NCBI GenBank assembly: GCA_963776065.1
Contig: CAVZLJ010000008.1
Coordinates: 11,457 to 75,456 of the forward strand
Source: an uncultured Verrucomicrobiae bacterium
Lineage (GTDB): Bacteria; Verrucomicrobiota; Verrucomicrobiia; Chthoniobacterales; UBA10450
DNA: 64,000 nt
Direction: 5' to 3'
This document shows, piece after piece, positions 9,250 to 19,412 of the stretch. Both the position numbers and the translations under genes were made by a program. The notes below the pieces were generated by a model. That model saw nothing but the letters and a program-made list of their open reading frames with translations, was not told the origin of the DNA and did not search any database. Positions within the stretch are counted from its first letter, which is position 1, and each line of letters begins with the position of its first letter.

Positions 9250-10338
9250 TTACGTCGCGTATTTGGATTTCAGGTGATCGATGTACGCGCTGTAGGTATC
9301 CGCGAGCGGCGCGCTTTCAATGAAGAGAATGTTCTCGGCGTTAAATTGCGCGCTCCGCGAAAAATTATAAGAGCCGGTGATCACAGTATCGTCGATCAGA
9401 AGAACTTTGTTGTGCATGAAATCGTGGCGCCCGGTCGGCGTGTAGGGCGTCGAGTTCTTTCCGACCAAGCCGGCGCGCGCGATGATGTCTTTGAGCGCGC
9501 CGATCTTCCAACGATTTTGCGGCACTTCCTGCCATTGCACGTAAACCTGCGCCATCTGTGTGCGATCGTAAATTCCGTCCACAGCGACGCGGCCTTCGCG
9601 CAACAAATTGCCAAGCTCGGCGATGAGAGTGCCCGAGTTGATTAACAAGCTGCAGATGCGGACGCGACGCTGCGCCGCGCGAACACGCTTCGCAATTTCG
9701 GAATCGATCTCCAAACCGCAACCGGGAGAAAACATGACGCGCGCCTCGGCCGATTGACCAGAAAAGGTCAGCGGCACGGGGACCGTTCGTATCTCGCCGG
9801 TGTTATCGAAGTTTTCTTTTTCCCAGATTTGTTCGAAATCCTGAGCGTAGTAATTGGCCAGGGCGGACGAATCGATCTCCAGAATATTGTTTTCCATTAA
9901 GGTAAAGGCGTCGTCGGTCATGTTGGCCGAGCCGGTCCAGACGGTCTCTCCATCCCGTAGAATGAACTTGCTGTGCATCAGTTTCATGCCGGCGATACGG
10001 CGCCAGGGATAACCTAACGACTGGACAAATGCGCCGGTGCCGGCGGGAGCAGGGTCCTGACCGGCGGCAACATTTGGCTGTGGTGGTTTGTCTCCGTCAT
10101 AGCAAAAACGAATTTGGACGCCGGCGTCGGCGCGTTCGCGCAAAGCCGACGCTAACTGGGTGCGGAGCGGATCGCTGAACCGCATGTCGTAAACGGCCAG
10201 ATCGAGAGTTTGCCTTGCGGCGCGTATGAATGTGGTCAGCCGCGCCATAACCGCATCGGCGGATTGTTCGCCTTGAGCGAGAAAGAAAACCGAAAGATTA
10301 TCCACGCCGGGCCGCCCATCGCCTGATCGACGGCGCAA
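9250..10338 (-). CDS. Phospholipase D-like protein with two HKD motifs
   Basis: HSKFILRDGETVWTGSANMTDD and HNKVLLIDDTVITGSYNFSRSA. The start is uncertain (TTG 10338 or an internal ATG). Confidence 0.85.
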   Translation of the reverse strand: MRRRSGDGRPGVDNLSVFFLAQGEQSADAVMARLTTFIRAARQTLDLAVYDMRFSDPLRTQLASALRERADAGVQIRFCYDGDKPPQPNVAAGQDPAPAGTGAFVQSLGYPWRRIAGMKLMHSKFILRDGETVWTGSANMTDDAFTLMENNILEIDSSALANYYAQDFEQIWEKENFDNTGEIRTVPVPLTFSGQSAEARVMFSPGCGLEIDSEIAKRVRAAQRRVRICSLLINSGTLIAELGNLLREGRVAVDGIYDRTQMAQVYVQWQEVPQNRWKIGALKDIIARAGLVGKNSTPYTPTGRHDFMHNKVLLIDDTVITGSYNFSRSAQFNAENILFIESAPLADTYSAYIDHLKSKYAT

Positions 10339-10430
10339 CGCAAGTTCGGCCGCCTGGAGGTTGAAATAATAGTCGCGCGCGTTGCAACCTCCGCATTTGA
10401 CGATTCTAGCCGGCCGCCGTACGACAAGCT

Positions 10431-10772
10431 ATGGCACATAAGTGTTCTTCGCGTGGTTGTGAGTTTTCTCTTCCCGACAATTATCCGCTGGATAAATGCC
10501 CATGGCATATGGTGCCTGGTAGTGGGCCAGTAAAAATTGCAGGGGCACTGGCAGTTGCCGCTGCTGGTCTCGGCGGTGGTCTTGCCTATAAAAAGTTCAA
10601 GACCTATTTGCAGGAGAAACAGCTAAAGAAGGAACGTCGCCGGCGCGCTGCGTCCGCTGCCGAACAAGAGCACAAAGTCCGTGCTGTTCGTAACGGAGCT
10701 GCTGCAAAGTCTCCGAAACGGCCACGTAAGCGAAAAAGAGCCGCCACGAAATCGAAGCCAGCAACTGGCTAA
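10431..10772 (+). CDS. Hypothetical protein with a Cys/His knuckle, one TM helix and a Lys/Arg-rich tail
   Basis: MAHKCSSRGCEF...CPWH, then IAGALAVAAAGLGGGLAY, then a basic tail. No family recognised. Confidence 0.4.
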   Translation: MAHKCSSRGCEFSLPDNYPLDKCPWHMVPGSGPVKIAGALAVAAAGLGGGLAYKKFKTYLQEKQLKKERRRRAASAAEQEHKVRAVRNGAAAKSPKRPRKRKRAATKSKPATG

Positions 10773-10928
10773 GCCGAAAATTAACCAGAACTTGTCGTGA
10801 ATTGTTTCAAGTCCGCCGATCTCGCAGACAACTTTTCCAAACGCACTATTCACTAACTCGCCGCGACGACTAGCTCCCGGGTTCCTGACGCTAGAATTAA
10901 GCTGGGCGCGGAAGATCTAAAGTTCATT

Positions 10929-10965
10929 TCGGCTAGCAGCCGAAACCAGCAGGCTGCCAGCCTGC
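10929..10965. repeat. Twin hairpin element (tcggct-agc-agccga and gcaggct-gcc-agcctgc)
   Basis: Two adjacent perfect 6- and 7-bp stems lie in a 314-nt non-coding gap. This is REP-like. Confidence 0.45.
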
Positions 10966-11086
10966 GCTCCCCAAGACAACAAGTTTCCATCCATCGTAAC
11001 CTCCTTCGTCCCGCGGTCGGGAGACAACGGCGTGCCGAGAGCGGTTTAGGATGGTCAGACACTCGGATGGCAGAAATCCGTGGAAT

Positions 11087-12385
11087 CTACTCGAGGGCGT
11101 ACAGGCAGCCGTCGGTGCTGGTGAAATAGACGATGCCGTTGATGATCAGCGGAGACGAGAAAATCGCTCCAACGTTGAACTGGCGATCGACCGCGACGGT
11201 GGCTGCTTCGCGCCAGGGTGAGTGAAAGACCAGCGGCCCATTGAACTTTCGTTCCGAGGTCAAGACCCAGCCTTTGTTTGCTTTCGACGCCTCGGTCTGG
11301 TACTCCCAGAGGAGCGTGCCCGTGTTCACGTCCCGTGCCTGCAAAGTGCCGTTGAGTACTCCGTAGACGACCACGTCGCCGGCGATGGCAGGCGAAGAGA
11401 ACACGTAAGCTTTGGTGTCCTCACGTAGGAGCGACTTCCCGGTGGCGGCGTCGACTACTCGATACAAACTTGAGTCCGAAGTCGCGAAAAATACTTTGCC
11501 GTCCTTGACCGCAGGCGAGGTGATGACCCAGCTGCCTTCGTTATTGAATCGCCATTTTTCTTTGCCGGTAGCGGCGTCGAAAGCGTAGAGGTTCGAATCG
11601 CGGCAGCCGACGTACACCACACCGTTGACGACGGCGGCAGAAGATTGGAAGCCAACCTGATTGTGGATCAGCGGATCTTCGCCTGCCTGAAACCGCCATT
11701 TTTCTTTGCCTGTGACGGCATCTACCGCGTAAAAGAGGCTGTCCCAGCTACCGAAGTAAACAGCGCCGTCGGCATAAGCCGGCGAAGAATGCACGACGTC
11801 GCCGGTCTGGAATTTCCAGCGCAGTTCGCCTGAGTTGGCGTCGACTGCGTAAAGATTGCCGTCGCCGCTGCCGAAGTAAACCGTTCCCTTGATAACCACC
11901 GGACTGGAAAGGAAGACATCGAATTGGTCCGCAATGGTCTGGTTTTTCGGCTGGAGCCCGTGGATTCCTTTCGCTTCAAAGCGCCGTTCACCGCCAGTGA
12001 CAAATTTCCATTTCAACGCACCGCTCTGGGCATTGAGCGCATAGAGTCGCCCATCATAGCTGCAGACATAAACGGTGCCGCCCTCCACTGCTGGCGTGGA
12101 CGGCGCCGGGCCACCGGTCGCGCGTTTCCAAACCTGCCGGCCGTTTTCGGCATCGACCGCGTAAATGTTGCCGTCGTCGCCGGCGAAGTAGAGCAACTTG
12201 CCGCTGGCGACAGGGGAAGAAAAGACCCGATCGCCGGTAGTGAATTTCCATTTGATGCGATGGAACTGTCGCGGCGCGGTTCCCGCATAAACACCGGTGT
12301 GTGCCGGGTTGCCGCGGAACACGGATTGCGCAGGGACGAAATGAGTGGCGCAAAAAAATATTATTCCGATGAGCGCGGATCTCAT
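11087..12385 (-). CDS. PQQ-like beta-propeller repeat protein, secreted
   Basis: Repeated G..Y(A/C)(L/V/F)(D/N)A.(T/S)G...W blades (DGNIYAVDAENGRQVWK, DGRLYALNAQSGALKWK, and so on) plus a signal peptide. Confidence 0.85.
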   Translation of the reverse strand: MRSALIGIIFFCATHFVPAQSVFRGNPAHTGVYAGTAPRQFHRIKWKFTTGDRVFSSPVASGKLLYFAGDDGNIYAVDAENGRQVWKRATGGPAPSTPAVEGGTVYVCSYDGRLYALNAQSGALKWKFVTGGERRFEAKGIHGLQPKNQTIADQFDVFLSSPVVIKGTVYFGSGDGNLYAVDANSGELRWKFQTGDVVHSSPAYADGAVYFGSWDSLFYAVDAVTGKEKWRFQAGEDPLIHNQVGFQSSAAVVNGVVYVGCRDSNLYAFDAATGKEKWRFNNEGSWVITSPAVKDGKVFFATSDSSLYRVVDAATGKSLLREDTKAYVFSSPAIAGDVVVYGVLNGTLQARDVNTGTLLWEYQTEASKANKGWVLTSERKFNGPLVFHSPWREAATVAVDRQFNVGAIFSSPLIINGIVYFTSTDGCLYALE

Positions 12386-13107
12386 GGTGTCTGGGTCTTC
12401 GGCGTTACCCCTCGATGGAGGACAAGCGGGATCTCAATCGGTCCCTGCCCAAATATGCCTTTAATCTCCTGGTTTTCTTTGCGGAACTGACCCTCGTAAT
12501 TCATTCCCATTCCGTGCGATTGAAGGCTGAGGAAGTCACCTTCCTGAGTGACGGTATCCATCGGGATTTTTGTGGTACGTTTGCCGACAACGACCATTTC
12601 CGCTGCCGCGCCCTGGGTCTGGTTCGCTAACTGCAACGTCACCTCCCGCTTGTACCCGTTTAATTCATATTCACCTTTCCACTCACCCTCGAGCTCTTTG
12701 GCGACGGGAGTATTGCGTGGCGGCGCCTCGACATTCGGGGCACCGGTTTTCTTAAGAGAAAATGGAGCAGTGTTGCCGGCCTGGATGAAATTGCCCGACA
12801 ACATGCCGCTGGAGTCGAGCTTGCCTTTAAAGGTCCCCTGTAATCCGCGCGGTGGTGGCGCGGTTTGCGTCGAGAACACAATCTCCGGCGCTTTCATTAC
12901 GATATCGCTAAGGGGCGCCCCCTTGATATCAAGTCCGACCACCGTGATTGACCCCACCCATGCGCCGTCAGCCCCCCGGTCGAGATCGACGACCACAGTG
13001 AGTTCGCGGTCTGGAACGTGGACTACGCCTTCCCAGCGCCCAGGCGTGAGTTCCGCTGCATTACAAATCGCCGCGGAAAAAATCAGAAACGCCAGGAGAG
13101 CGCGCAT
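12382..13107 (-). CDS. Hypothetical secreted protein with two internal repeats
   Basis: Signal peptide MRALLAFLIFSAAICNA. Its stop overlaps the downstream ATG as ATGA at 12382-12385, which suggests translational coupling. Confidence 0.6.
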   Translation of the reverse strand: MRALLAFLIFSAAICNAAELTPGRWEGVVHVPDRELTVVVDLDRGADGAWVGSITVVGLDIKGAPLSDIVMKAPEIVFSTQTAPPPRGLQGTFKGKLDSSGMLSGNFIQAGNTAPFSLKKTGAPNVEAPPRNTPVAKELEGEWKGEYELNGYKREVTLQLANQTQGAAAEMVVVGKRTTKIPMDTVTQEGDFLSLQSHGMGMNYEGQFRKENQEIKGIFGQGPIEIPLVLHRGVTPKTQTP

Positions 13108-13271
13108 TTGCCAATTGTAAAGATTGGGAACATGCGATGCAAACAAACCAGCCGGGTGGCTTGAGAATCTTCGGCGAGGTCGCGGAGTCCCAACTCGCCA
13201 CGAGACGAATCCGTCCGGCTGGCGGATTGGACTGGCATTAGGTCCCGGAATCCGATGTCAGAAGTGAGCGA

Positions 13272-13628
13272 TCAGTTCGCTGCGGCAGCCTTGGCGAGAG
13301 CGCGCTCACTGCAGGCGACGCGCAAAGCTTTCATCTCAGCGCGCAGCACCACCATTCGCGTAGCGACGCCTTTGTATCTTTTCTTGGTCCCTGTGATTGT
13401 CCGGTTGACCGCGCCCTGATTGACAAGGCCCTGAAGCTTTTCATATGCACGCAAGCGCAGCATCTCTTCGCCGCCACTGGCAGCGTTTCGCTCCCGCAGA
13501 TTGAGCAGGATAATTTCGAATAATGGTTTGAATTCGAAAGAGGCCTTCGACGAAAGCACGGCGATCAGCTCTTCGGTGATGTTGTCTGGCGCGCGACGGG
13601 TGAAAGAGATAGCAGATCGTTTAGACAT
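13272..13628 (-). CDS. Hypothetical protein
   Basis: ORF taken from the internal ATG (MSKRSAISFTRR...). No motif recognised. Confidence 0.35.
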   Translation of the reverse strand: MSKRSAISFTRRAPDNITEELIAVLSSKASFEFKPLFEIILLNLRERNAASGGEEMLRLRAYEKLQGLVNQGAVNRTITGTKKRYKGVATRMVVLRAEMKALRVACSERALAKAAAAN

Positions 13629-13885
13629 CCGGGAATATCGCACCGATCCGGGAAATAGCGACCGGCGCCACCTGGCCGGAGGAATGAAGCGACTCCGCGA
13701 GTTCACCTCAATTTCCAGCGAGTTTTGCGCTGCATCGAGGCGGTTGCACGGGACAAAGGTTAAGGAGAGTGTCAGGATCGCTGCCATCGGAGAGTGAAAA
13801 GGTCAGTCGCACCGGCGACAGGTTCGCGGCGGCGACGCCGCTCACGGGATTGCGATCAAGGCCGGCGGCCGCTACAAATGCAGCC

Positions 13886-14626
13886 ATGAGCGCGAGCAGG
13901 TTCGAGTTCGAAAAACGGTTCTGGATCATCTGCGCGATTTACTTCGCAGGATTTTGCTTGTCCGTATTTGATCACACGTCGTTCATCGCCGGACTGCGGT
14001 ATTTGATCGCGCCAGGCGTTATGCCGGGAAGCGCGGAAGCTGAAAGGTTTGCGCGAATCGTAATTCTACTTGGTTCCCTGTTTGTTTTTCTTGCGGCAGC
14101 GCTGCGAACTTGGGGCGCGGCCTATTTGCGGACGGAAATCGTACACGATACAAGTCAGCATTCCGAAGCGCTGGTAGCCGACGGGCCTTTTCGTTACACG
14201 CGGAATCCGCTTTATCTCGCAAACCTCCCAATGGCGGCGGGAATCGGCGTTCTGGCAAGCCGATCAGGATTTATTTTCCTGGTGCTGGCGAACTGGATTT
14301 TTGTTTACCGGCTAATTTCGCGCGAGGAAGAATCCCTGCTGAAAACTCAAGGGGAATCGTATCGGGCGTATTGCCAGGCGGTGCCGCGTTTTTGGCCCGC
14401 GCTCACGCCCCGCGTTCCTGCCGGAAATCGTCGGCCGCACTGGCCGCAGGCATTCGGCGGCGAAAGTTTTGTCTGGATATTTGGGCTGGCCGAATTGCTG
14501 GTCGCGATCACGCTTCGGCCGCTGGCAGCACTCATCGTATTCCCACTGGGATTTCTGGCGCATTTTGTGATTACCGGTCGGATTCAAAAGCACAGAAGCA
14601 ACTGTAACGATGTTACGAAGTTGTAA
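13886..14626 (+). CDS. Isoprenylcysteine carboxyl / phospholipid methyltransferase family membrane protein
   Basis: GPFRYTRNPLYLAN...REEESLLKTQGESYRAY is the ICMT/PEMT signature, and there are several TM segments. Confidence 0.75.
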   Translation: MSASRFEFEKRFWIICAIYFAGFCLSVFDHTSFIAGLRYLIAPGVMPGSAEAERFARIVILLGSLFVFLAAALRTWGAAYLRTEIVHDTSQHSEALVADGPFRYTRNPLYLANLPMAAGIGVLASRSGFIFLVLANWIFVYRLISREEESLLKTQGESYRAYCQAVPRFWPALTPRVPAGNRRPHWPQAFGGESFVWIFGLAELLVAITLRPLAALIVFPLGFLAHFVITGRIQKHRSNCNDVTKL

Positions 14627-14672
14627 GCAGTGCACGATGGAGCGCGACAGTTAGAACGGCAACTGCCGCACG

Positions 14673-14984
14673 TTATCGCGCCCGCCAGTGACGAAGCACG
14701 CGATGACGCGACCTGGCGGTTGCATGGCGACGGGTGGTGACGATCAATTGGCGGCGGTGAAGAGTAGCGAGAGCGACCTGTATGGCGCTTTTGGAAAGTC
14801 CGGTCGCCTCTGCCAGCGTTCGTAAACTCGCGGTCACTGGTTTCCATTTCGTCCGCGTGGCCTGACCGTAAAGATACAAATAAACCAGATACGCGGCTGG
14901 TTGTTGATCGTGTCCGATCAGATCGCGCATCAGCACATCCAGAACATAATCGTCAACGGGAATGATTTGTTTAAAGCGAGGCAC
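14673..14984 (-). CDS. Hypothetical winged-helix DNA-binding-like protein
   Basis: SLRTLAEATGLSKSAIQVALATLHRRQLI is an HTH-like segment. The ATG start of the ORF track lies in repeat-like sequence, so GTG 14984 is used here. Confidence 0.4.
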   Translation of the reverse strand: MPRFKQIIPVDDYVLDVLMRDLIGHDQQPAAYLVYLYLYGQATRTKWKPVTASLRTLAEATGLSKSAIQVALATLHRRQLIVTTRRHATARSRHRVLRHWRAR

Positions 14985-15125
14985 AGTAAAAGGATGAAAG
15001 AGGAATGAAGAAGGATGCAGTGAATTCCCCTGATCGCTATACCGATAAAAGGACAGCACTTTCTGATGCTGCAAGTTACCCGCCTCTGGACTGCAACATA
15101 TCGGTCAATTTAGGTTCGACCCATT

Positions 15126-15491
15126 ATGATTAAACAAATCAAATTCGTTAGCATTCCGGTCGCGGATCAAAATCGCGCCCTGGATTTCTACACCGAGAAA
15201 CTTGGGTTCACCATTATCACCGATCAGCCTTTCGACCAGAAGCAGCGCTGGATCGAGTTGCGAATCCCGAAAGCAGAGACACGAGTGGTGTTGTTCACGC
15301 CCCACGGCGACGAAAAACGAATCGGTTCGTTCATGAACATGTCGTACACATGCGACGACATCGAAAAGACGTCTACCAGGCTGAAGAAGCGGGGAGTGGA
15401 ATTTGAAGGGCCGCCGCAAAAACAACCGTGGGGCACCTACGCGATGTTTAAGGATAGCGAAGGTAACCAGTTTGTTCTTTCGTCAGATTGA
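15126..15491 (+). CDS. VOC (glyoxalase/bleomycin-resistance) family protein
   Basis: 121 aa; IKFVSIPVADQNRALDFYTEKLGF...GTYAMFKDSEGNQFVL. Confidence 0.85.
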   Translation: MIKQIKFVSIPVADQNRALDFYTEKLGFTIITDQPFDQKQRWIELRIPKAETRVVLFTPHGDEKRIGSFMNMSYTCDDIEKTSTRLKKRGVEFEGPPQKQPWGTYAMFKDSEGNQFVLSSD

Positions 15492-15535
15492 CCATCAGTG
15501 ACGAGTTTTGGCATCCTATCGCTGAGCAAGCCATC

Positions 15536-15597
15536 GGTAGGGCGGGCAGTCCCCTGCACGCCGAGAATACGGCGCCCACAGGAGTGGTCGCCCTACC
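15536..15597. repeat. Repeat family C element (GGTAGGGCG...CGCCCTACC termini)
   Basis: Lies between convergent genes. The 9-nt inverted termini ggtagggcg / cgccctacc enclose a GC-rich core. Confidence 0.55.
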
Positions 15598-15615
15598 TGA
15601 AAACCCGGCTACCCG

Positions 15616-16287
15616 CTATTTCTTGCCGGCGCGCGTGTAGTTGATCTCCATGGTTTTCTTTTCCTGGCCGCCATGGGTTTCGTACCACTCGAGCATCATG
15701 TGATCTTTGTCGGTGATCTTCAGCACCTCGCGCACTGGCGTTTTCATTCCGGGCATCATTTCGATTTCGCTGGTGTAAGTGAGCGTCTTGGTCGCGGGAT
15801 CGTAGGTGCCGTCGGAAAACTGAATACCCGTGCCCATGTTGTCGATCCATGAAGCGACGAATTTTTGCTTCGCGTTGTCGTAGCCTTCGACGCCCATGCC
15901 TTTAAACTGCATATCTTTCATTTTGCCGTCCTGACCCGGCATCTGCATTTTGCCGGCCACATCCATCACCACGTAACGTCCGCCCATGATGCTTTTGCGG
16001 GTAGCGGTGCCTTTGGATTCTTGCGGTTTGGCGTTCGGATCGGGATTCATCCAGAACTTGATGGTGTAATTCCAATTGCCGTTCATATCGGCGAGCAGCT
16101 TGTGATTTTCGTTGAGCTTGGACATCTCCATCATCTGCTTCATCATTTCCTGAGGATTTGGCTGACCGGCTGGAGCCGCCGCTGAGCCTGTGGCAGCAGC
16201 AGGCGATTCGGCAGGGCTTTGCGCAAATGAGTGAGTCGCGATCAATGCCGCGAACAGAATTGTGATTAATGAACTAAACATCTTCAT
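15616..16287 (-). CDS. DUF1579 family secreted protein
   Basis: Signal peptide, then the pattern GNWNYTIKFWM...GMGVEGYDN.KQKFVASWIDNMGTGI... Confidence 0.75.
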   Translation of the reverse strand: MKMFSSLITILFAALIATHSFAQSPAESPAAATGSAAAPAGQPNPQEMMKQMMEMSKLNENHKLLADMNGNWNYTIKFWMNPDPNAKPQESKGTATRKSIMGGRYVVMDVAGKMQMPGQDGKMKDMQFKGMGVEGYDNAKQKFVASWIDNMGTGIQFSDGTYDPATKTLTYTSEIEMMPGMKTPVREVLKITDKDHMMLEWYETHGGQEKKTMEINYTRAGKK

Positions 16288-16388
16288 GACGGGATTCTGT
16301 AGTTACCATCAATGACAGGCAAGCGACGAATTAGAAACAGAGCAGCGAACATTCGCGCGACGAACGCTTTCCGCGTAGCGTTCGCAGG

Positions 16389-16733
16389 ATGAAACCAGAG
16401 AATCCGACAATTGAAATTTGTCCCGGGATTACGCGCCGGACGGTCGCTCATGGAAAAACGATGTATCAAATGATGGCTAAGCTGGCCGCCGGTAGCGTCA
16501 TGCCAGCGCATTCGCATCCGCAGGAGCAGATCGTTCACATTCTCGAAGGCAAAATGCGGCTGATTGTCGAAGGCGTGCCGCACGAGCTTTCAACGGGCGA
16601 TTCGTTCTATCTTGCGAGCAATGTTTCACACGGCGTAGAAACGCTTTCAGCCACGCGCGTGCTCGATACTTTCAGTCCGCCGCGAGCGGATTACCTGTCC
16701 GTCGACGAAAAAATTCTCCACGGCGCGCTGTAA
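16389..16733 (+). CDS. Cupin domain protein
   Basis: 114 aa; MPAHSHPQEQIVHILEGKMRL...GDSFYLASNVSHG are the cupin motifs. Confidence 0.8.
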   Translation: MKPENPTIEICPGITRRTVAHGKTMYQMMAKLAAGSVMPAHSHPQEQIVHILEGKMRLIVEGVPHELSTGDSFYLASNVSHGVETLSATRVLDTFSPPRADYLSVDEKILHGAL

Positions 16734-16812
16734 AGGAGAGATGGGAACAATTGGAGCAATTCGCGGCTGACGAAGCCGGCTCCAAACCGCTTCGCTGAAC
16801 CTGGCGCGAGAT

Positions 16813-17109
16813 CTACTTCTTCTGATCAATAAAGATCTGCCAGCGCTTAATGCTCTCCAGTTTCAGAATGCCGTGTGTGGTCCAGGGATCATTCTTCAAT
16901 TTCTCTCGTACTTCATTTTCATCCTGGGCATTGAGGATTAAGAGGGCGCCGCCTTCATCCTCCAAGGGGCCACCCATCAAAATGAAGCCCTCATCGACGA
17001 GTTGATCGATGAACGTCGCGTGCTCGTCCCAAAATGGCTGTTCACGTGTGCCCTTGGAAAAATCACGATTGGGACCGGCCGAAGAAATCGCCAGGAATAC
17101 ATTTTTCAT
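16813..17109 (-). CDS. YciI-like protein
   Basis: 98 aa; W.EH..F...LVDEGFILMGGPLEDEGG.LLILNA... pattern. Confidence 0.75.
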   Translation of the reverse strand: MKNVFLAISSAGPNRDFSKGTREQPFWDEHATFIDQLVDEGFILMGGPLEDEGGALLILNAQDENEVREKLKNDPWTTHGILKLESIKRWQIFIDQKK

Positions 17110-17141
17110 TGAAGGCGAACCTCAAATGTTCGCCCGCGACG

Positions 17142-18175
17142 TCAACCTTTTGGTTCGTCAGCGATCCGCAGCACAACTTTTCCGCGCGTGTGATGCGTCG
17201 CGGCCTGTTGCTGTGCAGCGACTGCTTCGCTTAGCGGGAGAACTTGCGTCACAATTGGCTTGATCTTCCCGGTGTCGATCAGCTGCGCAATCTCGGCGAG
17301 GTCTTCGGCATCCGGATGAACCGAGATCGCCGCTCCGCGAATACTACGCTTCTGGAGTTCGTCCTTATCAGGGAGCGCAACCAGCGACATGACGATACCG
17401 CCTTTCTTCACCACGCCATAAGAACGGGCCAGCGTTTCTTTGCCCACGGGATCAAGAACAGCGTCCACATCCTTCGCGACATCTTCAAATTTCGTCTTCG
17501 TATAATCTACGGCCACATCTGCGCCGAGTTGCTTGAGCAGATCCTGGTTTGCAGTCGACGCAGTCGCGATGACGCGTGCGCCCCGCGCTTTCGCGATCTG
17601 GATCGCAAAACTGCCGACACCACCTGATCCGCCGTGGATGAGAATTGTTTGTCCCGGTTGCAGTTTCGCAACGTCCACTAAGTGCTTGCCACGCGGTCAG
17701 GGCACCCATCGGGACTGCCGCTGCTTCCACAAAGTTGAGGGACTTGGGTTTCGCTAGCTACTTCCGATTCTTTGACGCTGACGTAATCCGCCCAGCCTCC
17801 GCCAAAAGTTGGATAACCGTAAACTGCGTCGCCAACTTTGAGTTTCGTGACGTTTGCACCCGTCTTTTCGACAACACCGGCGATTTCGTAACCCGGAATT
17901 AGTGGCAAATGCGTGCCAAATTCGCGCGCATATTTCCCGCTGAGCGTGAGCGGATCGGCTGGATTGACGCCGCTCGCGATCACGCGCACAAGCGCTTCAT
18001 CTTCGTTCGGTTCTGGCCGCGGAACTCGCTCAAATTTCAGGACTTCAGGAGCGCCGTACTCATGCGCGACCACGGCCTTCATCGTTGGTTTTTCGTCGGC
18101 GCGCAGCGACTCAACGAGCACTAGTGGAACGGCCGCGACGGTTAAGATAATAAGTATGCGCCTGGAGTTTCGCAT
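17142..18175 (-). pseudogene. Zinc-type alcohol dehydrogenase / NADPH:quinone oxidoreductase, interrupted by two +1 frameshifts about 80 nt apart
   Basis: The N-terminal part MKAVVAHEYGAPEVLKFE...GYEIAGVV is in ORF 17678-18316. The middle part AKPKSLNFVEAAAVPMGALTAWQAL is in ORF 17485-17730. The C-terminal part VDVAKLQPGQTILIHGGSGGVGSFAIQ... is in ORF 17142-17678. The start may instead be ATG 18082. Confidence 0.8.
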
Positions 18176-18302
18176 AGCGCAGTTTCGCGTGCATTTGCCT
18201 ATGGCGCGAATCCGAAACTCCGTTGCGCGTTTCCACGAGCGGAGCAGTTGTTCAGCTTTCGATTGAACGCCGTCGTGCTGAGTGCACAGTAACCACAAAT
18301 AG

Positions 18303-19316
18303 ATGAACGCTGCCACTGCTCAGAATTCTACTGCGAGCAAAATAATCTTCATCCTTGCGGTGACGGTAACAGTCTGCCTGGTCTCGGTGATCATTGCTGG
18401 CTTTACCAGTTTGATCTCATTGGCTGACAGAATTCATCCGATTGCTGGCACGATCGTATTCTGGGCTGTTTGCCTGGCTGCTGGCTTTTTCGCGCTCTAC
18501 CTTGCGATTGCATATGCAAGGCTTCCTGCTGCGCTTGTCCCACCGGAGGAACATTCCGGTCCGAAGCACGACGCCTATTTGGAAGCTCTTCGTGTCCGAC
18601 TCGCCGCAAATCCACGGACACGTGACCTGCCGGTCGTCACGAAGGAGGAAATCGAAAAGGCGATTGGGCATCTGTCAGTCCAAGCGGATTCAGTCGTCCG
18701 CAGGACAGCAAGCACAGTGTTTCTGAGTACGGCCCTGATGCAAAACGGCAGACTGGACGGGCTCATTGTCCTCTTTACTCAGATTCAAATGGTCGGACGT
18801 ATCGCCTGCATTTACGTGCAGCGTCCTTCTCCTCGGGAATTGATACGGCTGTATGCGAATGTAGCCGGCACAGCTTTCGTCGCGAGCGGACTCGAGTCGC
18901 TCGATCTCGGAGAAATGGTTGCGCCGCTCGCTGTTTCTGTGGTGCCGGCGCTCAAAGGCGGAATTCCGGGTCTAAGCGGCATCTCAGCTCTCTTGGTGAA
19001 ATGTGTTTCCAACGGCGCTGCGAACGCCTTTCTCACACTGCGCGTGGGAGAAGTCGCGCGGCGGTACTGCGAACTCACTTCACAATGTTCGCCCGAGCTT
19101 ATCCGGAAATCGGCCACAGCTGAAGCCGTTCAGCATCTTGGTCGAATCGTACGCGAAAATGGCGCGCTCGTAGTAAGGAAGATTTGGGCAAGCACTGGGC
19201 GGGCGCTCATCGACAGCGGCGTATCGAAGGCCGAAGATATTGCGGGCGCGACACGGGATCTTTTTGGCAGAATTTCACCCTGGCGAGTTAAAGAAGATCT
19301 GGCCGCTCGTCCGTGA
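18303..19316 (+). CDS. DUF697/YcjF-like membrane protein
   Basis: Two N-terminal TM helices and a C-terminal region resembling DUF697 (GRLDGLIVLFTQIQMVGRIACIY...). Confidence 0.5.
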   Translation: MNAATAQNSTASKIIFILAVTVTVCLVSVIIAGFTSLISLADRIHPIAGTIVFWAVCLAAGFFALYLAIAYARLPAALVPPEEHSGPKHDAYLEALRVRLAANPRTRDLPVVTKEEIEKAIGHLSVQADSVVRRTASTVFLSTALMQNGRLDGLIVLFTQIQMVGRIACIYVQRPSPRELIRLYANVAGTAFVASGLESLDLGEMVAPLAVSVVPALKGGIPGLSGISALLVKCVSNGAANAFLTLRVGEVARRYCELTSQCSPELIRKSATAEAVQHLGRIVRENGALVVRKIWASTGRALIDSGVSKAEDIAGATRDLFGRISPWRVKEDLAARP

Positions 19317-19412
19317 TTTGTTGAAGCGATCACGATTTAGAGACAAGCAGGCGGTTTCTGACACAATTAGTGTCCGCTGGGTTTTAGAATTGGGGCGCCC
19401 AGCGCGCGTCTC

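Noticed and set aside
10236-10508. 90-aa minus-strand ORF upstream of the PLD gene as a frameshifted N-terminal extension of PLD
   Set aside because: Its phase does not fit the +1 pattern relative to the PLD frame, its translation is low-complexity, and it overlaps the plus-strand small ORF at 10431-10772.
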